From: Cyanophora paradoxa CCMP329
Lineage: Eukaryota > Plantae > Glaucophyta
Direction: 5' to 3'
Length of the DNA: 64,000 bases
Assembly: GCA_004431415.1 (NCBI GenBank)
Contig: QPMI01000184.1
Coordinates: 1-64,000, forward strand
A model generated the notes under the pieces. That model worked only from the letters and a program-made list of their open reading frames with translations, ran no database searches and was not told the DNA's origin. Positions 60,405 to 64,000 of the stretch are shown in pieces (the first letter of the stretch is position 1; every line of letters starts with the position of its first letter). The translations under genes were made by a program, and so were the position numbers.

Positions 60405-61692
60405 AAAACATCGGCTAAAAAAGCAATCCTACAGTACGTTTGGATCGACAATATAAAAGGGCCACTGACTTGCCGTGCGCGTCAGTTAACGTTGGGTCCG
60501 GGGAAGGGAATTTAACCTCGGCGAATCCAAAGATGTAGATCTAGATCTAGAGACTTCGGGCCGGAAATTACTAAAAGGAACAAAGCCGCTGATCATGAGC
60601 CTCGGAGCTTGAGGAAGAAACTTGAAATGCAGAATTTATAATTAAGGCGGCCATGCTAGGCCAGAGGTAGGTCGCGGGCCCCGGGCGCCGGGCGCCGGCC
60701 CGGGGCGCGGCCCGCGGCCGGCGGGCGGGGGATGGCCATAGCTCGAGCTCATGCATGCCGCAGTGCGCATGCATATGATCACAAATCGAACCTTATATGC
60801 CTGCACGTGCACTTGACTCGGGGAGGCGCGCGGCCGCGGCTTGCAATTAATTGCCTAGAGGCTGGCCTCCGCGCGCGCGCGATCTGCATGCGCATGCGCG
60901 GGCAAAGCGCGCGCGATCTGCATGCGCGCGGTTGGAGCGGCTGTGGCGTGCGCGGCTGGCGCGCGCGGCTAGCGACATGTACAGCTGCAGCAGACTCCCA
61001 AGCGCTGAGAGCGCTATCCGATCATCGGATCGCGAGCTGTGCGGGAGTGAGCTCGAGAACTTCGGAAAGCGGCCGGCCGCGGGCGGGGCCGGCGGCGCGG
61101 GCCGGGGGGAGGAAGTGGCAGGGGGGTCCGTAAAAAGACTTTCCTCAGGGTAAGTTAACGCCGCGCACTCTCCAATGTGCCAAGTTCAGAGATTTAGAAT
61201 AACTTGGCGGAGCGCCGGCGCCCGCAGCGCGAGCCGACTTCCCCGCGAGGAGAGCGGGCTGCGCGTTGCAGTCCTCGAGCCGCGCGCGCTCTGTTCGCGT
61301 CGGCCGATCGGATGCAGCTCGCGCGGCTGTCGACGTCGAGCTGGACCCTCAGCTGGTCGGCGCGGGGGTACAGTCGACGATTGCTGGCCTGGCTGGCTTG
61401 ATGGCAGCGACTCCAGCGGCCGCCTGCTTCGTCTCCGCAGCCCCGCCGCCCTCGGTGCGGCGCCTCTAGGCCGTCGGCTTCGCTGGCGTGTCGTGCCTGC
61501 GGCGCCCCCGGATTCAATCCCAGCATCGCCTTGCCAGCGGCGTACGGGCGCCATCCGCAGCGGCTTAGCGTCGTTCGGCGGGTCGCGCGGTTGCTGAGGG
61601 GCCCTGTGCGGTGCGCCGGGGCTGTCCGCGAACCTGAGTCCGAACACGAGCTCGAGCGCAGGTTTGCGTGGCCGGCACCGCCCTCAGGCGCG

Positions 61693-64000
61693 ATGGGTAG
61701 CTGTCAGTCCGCTCCAGCTGCGCACGCACGCGCGCCAGCCTCGGCTCCCCAGGCGAGCAGCGCGGCTGCAATTGACGAAATCGGTACCTCCGCCACATCG
61801 ACGAGGCCTGCAGCTGTGCCTGCAGCTTTACCGGCAGCGCCAGCCGCGCCCTCAGCACACGAGAAAGCACCTGAGTTCGACGGAAAGGCAGCCGACGCGC
61901 CAGCACCCCCAGCTGGAGCTAAAGCAGATCCGACCGCCGCGGCACCTGCTCACGATCAGCCGGAGAGCGGGCGCGTGCTTATGGTTCACGGGCATGCTAT
62001 CGATCTGTCGCTCGCGACGCCGGCGCCTCAGAACCAAACCTCTTCCGGCTCAGCAGCGCTAGCTCCGGATCCATCGCCGGCTCTGCCCGCGCCAGCGGCG
62101 GGCGCGGCGTCGGCCTTCGCTTCCCGCACCGTTCGAGTCTTCCTCTCATCCACCTTCCGTGCGCCCGCTGCCGCTCCACCAGGCCGAGCCGCGCGCCCGC
62201 CCTCGATCGCCGACGGGCCGCCGCAGAGGACATGGGGCCGGAGCGTGCGGCGATCTTCGCGTCGGCTGTCCCGCGCCTCCGGCGCGCCCTTGACCCTCGG
62301 GGCCTCTTCTTCGTTCCCGTCGGTCCGCCCGCCCGCGCGGCCGCGCCGCCTGCCGCTCACCGCCCTTCGCAGATCTGCGGTGCGCCCGATCCGCATGGGA
62401 CGCGGCGCGCGAGTCGCGTTCTCACGAGAGGCGGCAGGTGGGGTATCACGAAAGAGGCAGCGGAGAGCGGCGAGGCGCGCAGCTCGGCCCGCGTTCGCCC
62501 GCGCCTCTCGACTGATGGGCCGGCAGGTGCTGCGGCTGTGCCTCGAGGAGGTCGAGCGCTCGACTTACTTCGTCGCGTGCGTGTCCCGTACTTCCCTTCG
62601 CCTACGATCCCCTTAGCCCCGGCGCAGCTTTCTCAAGCGGCGCTACGGGTGCGGGGTACCGGGGGGCGGGGGGGGGGCTACATGGGGCGGGGGGGTAGGG
62701 GGATACCAGGGGGGTGGGGCGCGGGGTAGCGGGGGCGGGGCGTTGTACCCCCTCCCCCTCGACGCCATCCATCACATGCTCGTCCTCGTATACCTGACTC
62801 TTTCTTTTGTCATTTCTCCCATGCCTTCATGCTTATTTTCTGTACCCCCCCCCCCTTTCCACTCCTTCCCCGCTTCTTCTCTTTCTGCTTTTTAAAACTT
62901 TGCGCGCAGTTGGCACCAGCCAGCGGACGGGCCTCGCGACCCGCTCCTCGCAGCGTGCGCTCCCACTCCGACAGACTCCGCTGGCAGCCACTGACCAGCC
63001 GCCGCGGCAGGTCTTTTGAGCGGGCGGCGGAGCGCTTCCCCTTCGTGTGGGGGTACGCCGACCGCAGCGCGACGGAGCTCGAGATCCTCCTCGGGGCCCT
63101 GTTCGACCCTCAGGCGCGCCACTTGCCTGCAGCACTCCGAACCGCCGCTGACGAACGTCTCGCCGCAGGGCGCGCCGCGCGTACGGGCGGCCACCAGCCG
63201 CTTCTACTTCGCAAGCGGCGGCGAAGCCGACAGTCGCGAATCGGAGGCGGCGCAGCGGCTGCTGGAAAGCCTCAAGGGCGCCGTCCGCGGGTCGGGGCTG
63301 CCGGTGCGGGCGCCGGACTACGGCAGCGCAGAGGAGCTCGCCGCCGCGATCCACGACGACGTGCTCAAGGCGCGCCGGCCCCGGCCGCTGCTTGCCTCGT
63401 CTGACGACGGCCGGCAGATGGTGGAGCGGGACTTTCCGAGGGGCGGCGAGCGGAGTTGGTTGGAGGAAGAAAGGCTGGCGCACGCGGCGTTCGGCGATGC
63501 GCGGCGGCGCGTGTACGTCCCGCATGCGGGCGCGGCGGAGGCGCTCGATGCATACGCGGCAGGGGATGGGCCGGAGCTTATGCTCGTCGTGGGCACCAGC
63601 GGCTGCGGCAAGAGCGGTGCGCTTCTGGCGCGGCGCTCCGTAAAAGAACGCTGGTTAATTCGAACCGACCTGCAGCGATGCTGGCGAACTGGGCGCACTC
63701 GTGGCAGGAGCGGCAGCCTGGCGACGTCACGCTGGTCCACTTCGTGGGCGGCTCGCAGCAGAGCTCCCGCCTCGCCAATCTGATGCGGTGCGCCCTGCGT
63801 TTCTGTCTGTTTCGAGCTCTGCTGACGCCGTAGGGTTTGGGTGGTGCAGGCGCGTGTACGAGTCGGTGCGGGCGGAGTGCCCCGAGGCGCCAGAGATGGA
63901 CAAGCCGATGCGGGAGGGCGGCCTTGAGGAGATGCTTGCGTTCCGCGGCTGGCTCGAGGCGGCGGCGCGGGCGCTGCAGCGGCGGCTCGTCCTCGCGATC
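61693..64000 (+). CDS. DUF4062 + NACHT/AAA-like P-loop protein (TEP1/NPHP3/NWD-like), 3'-incomplete
   Basis: MGSC N-terminus, RTVRVFLSSTF/QDM, V/DLR/WGIT (7-nt exon at 62373-62379), LCLEEVERS, RSATELEI, Walker A VVGTSGCGKS, and LVHFVGGS. Confidence 0.85.

Overview
Gene-dense, very GC-rich nuclear DNA from a plastid-bearing eukaryote. Genes are split by many short (mostly about 50-120 nt) C-rich introns, and GC-AG donors are frequent. A glaucophyte such as Cyanophora is my inference, based on Phe-initiated plastid presequences, HCF101 and LpxK; it is not proven. The supplied ORF track is mostly GC shadow ORFs, so real genes were rebuilt by splicing by eye. Recognisable genes are LpxK, a RIF1-like protein (plus a decayed partial duplicate), BioF, RBX1, a GT54/MGAT4 glycosyltransferase, glutamate carboxypeptidase II, ALG8, HCF101, a Lon-N domain protein, CAX, PPCS, SPF45, two intact FKBP12 genes plus a truncated inverted copy, Kish, and a DUF4062-NTPase. 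Accessory DNA includes a CRESS-virus Rep fragment, a 2-kb non-autonomous LTR element with identical LTRs, a 585-bp foldback MITE and a 482-bp repeat family. The main result lies in the AT-rich, palindrome-laden and apparently non-coding island at 53-60 kb. It hides a SOX/MATA-type HMG-box transcription factor whose HMG box is split over 10 exons, seven of them 7-26 nt, so no ORF call shows it. The 5' exon and upstream region of this gene sit between inverted copies of the 482-bp repeat, a geometry that could act as an invertible switch. It is a candidate mating-type or developmental regulator locus.
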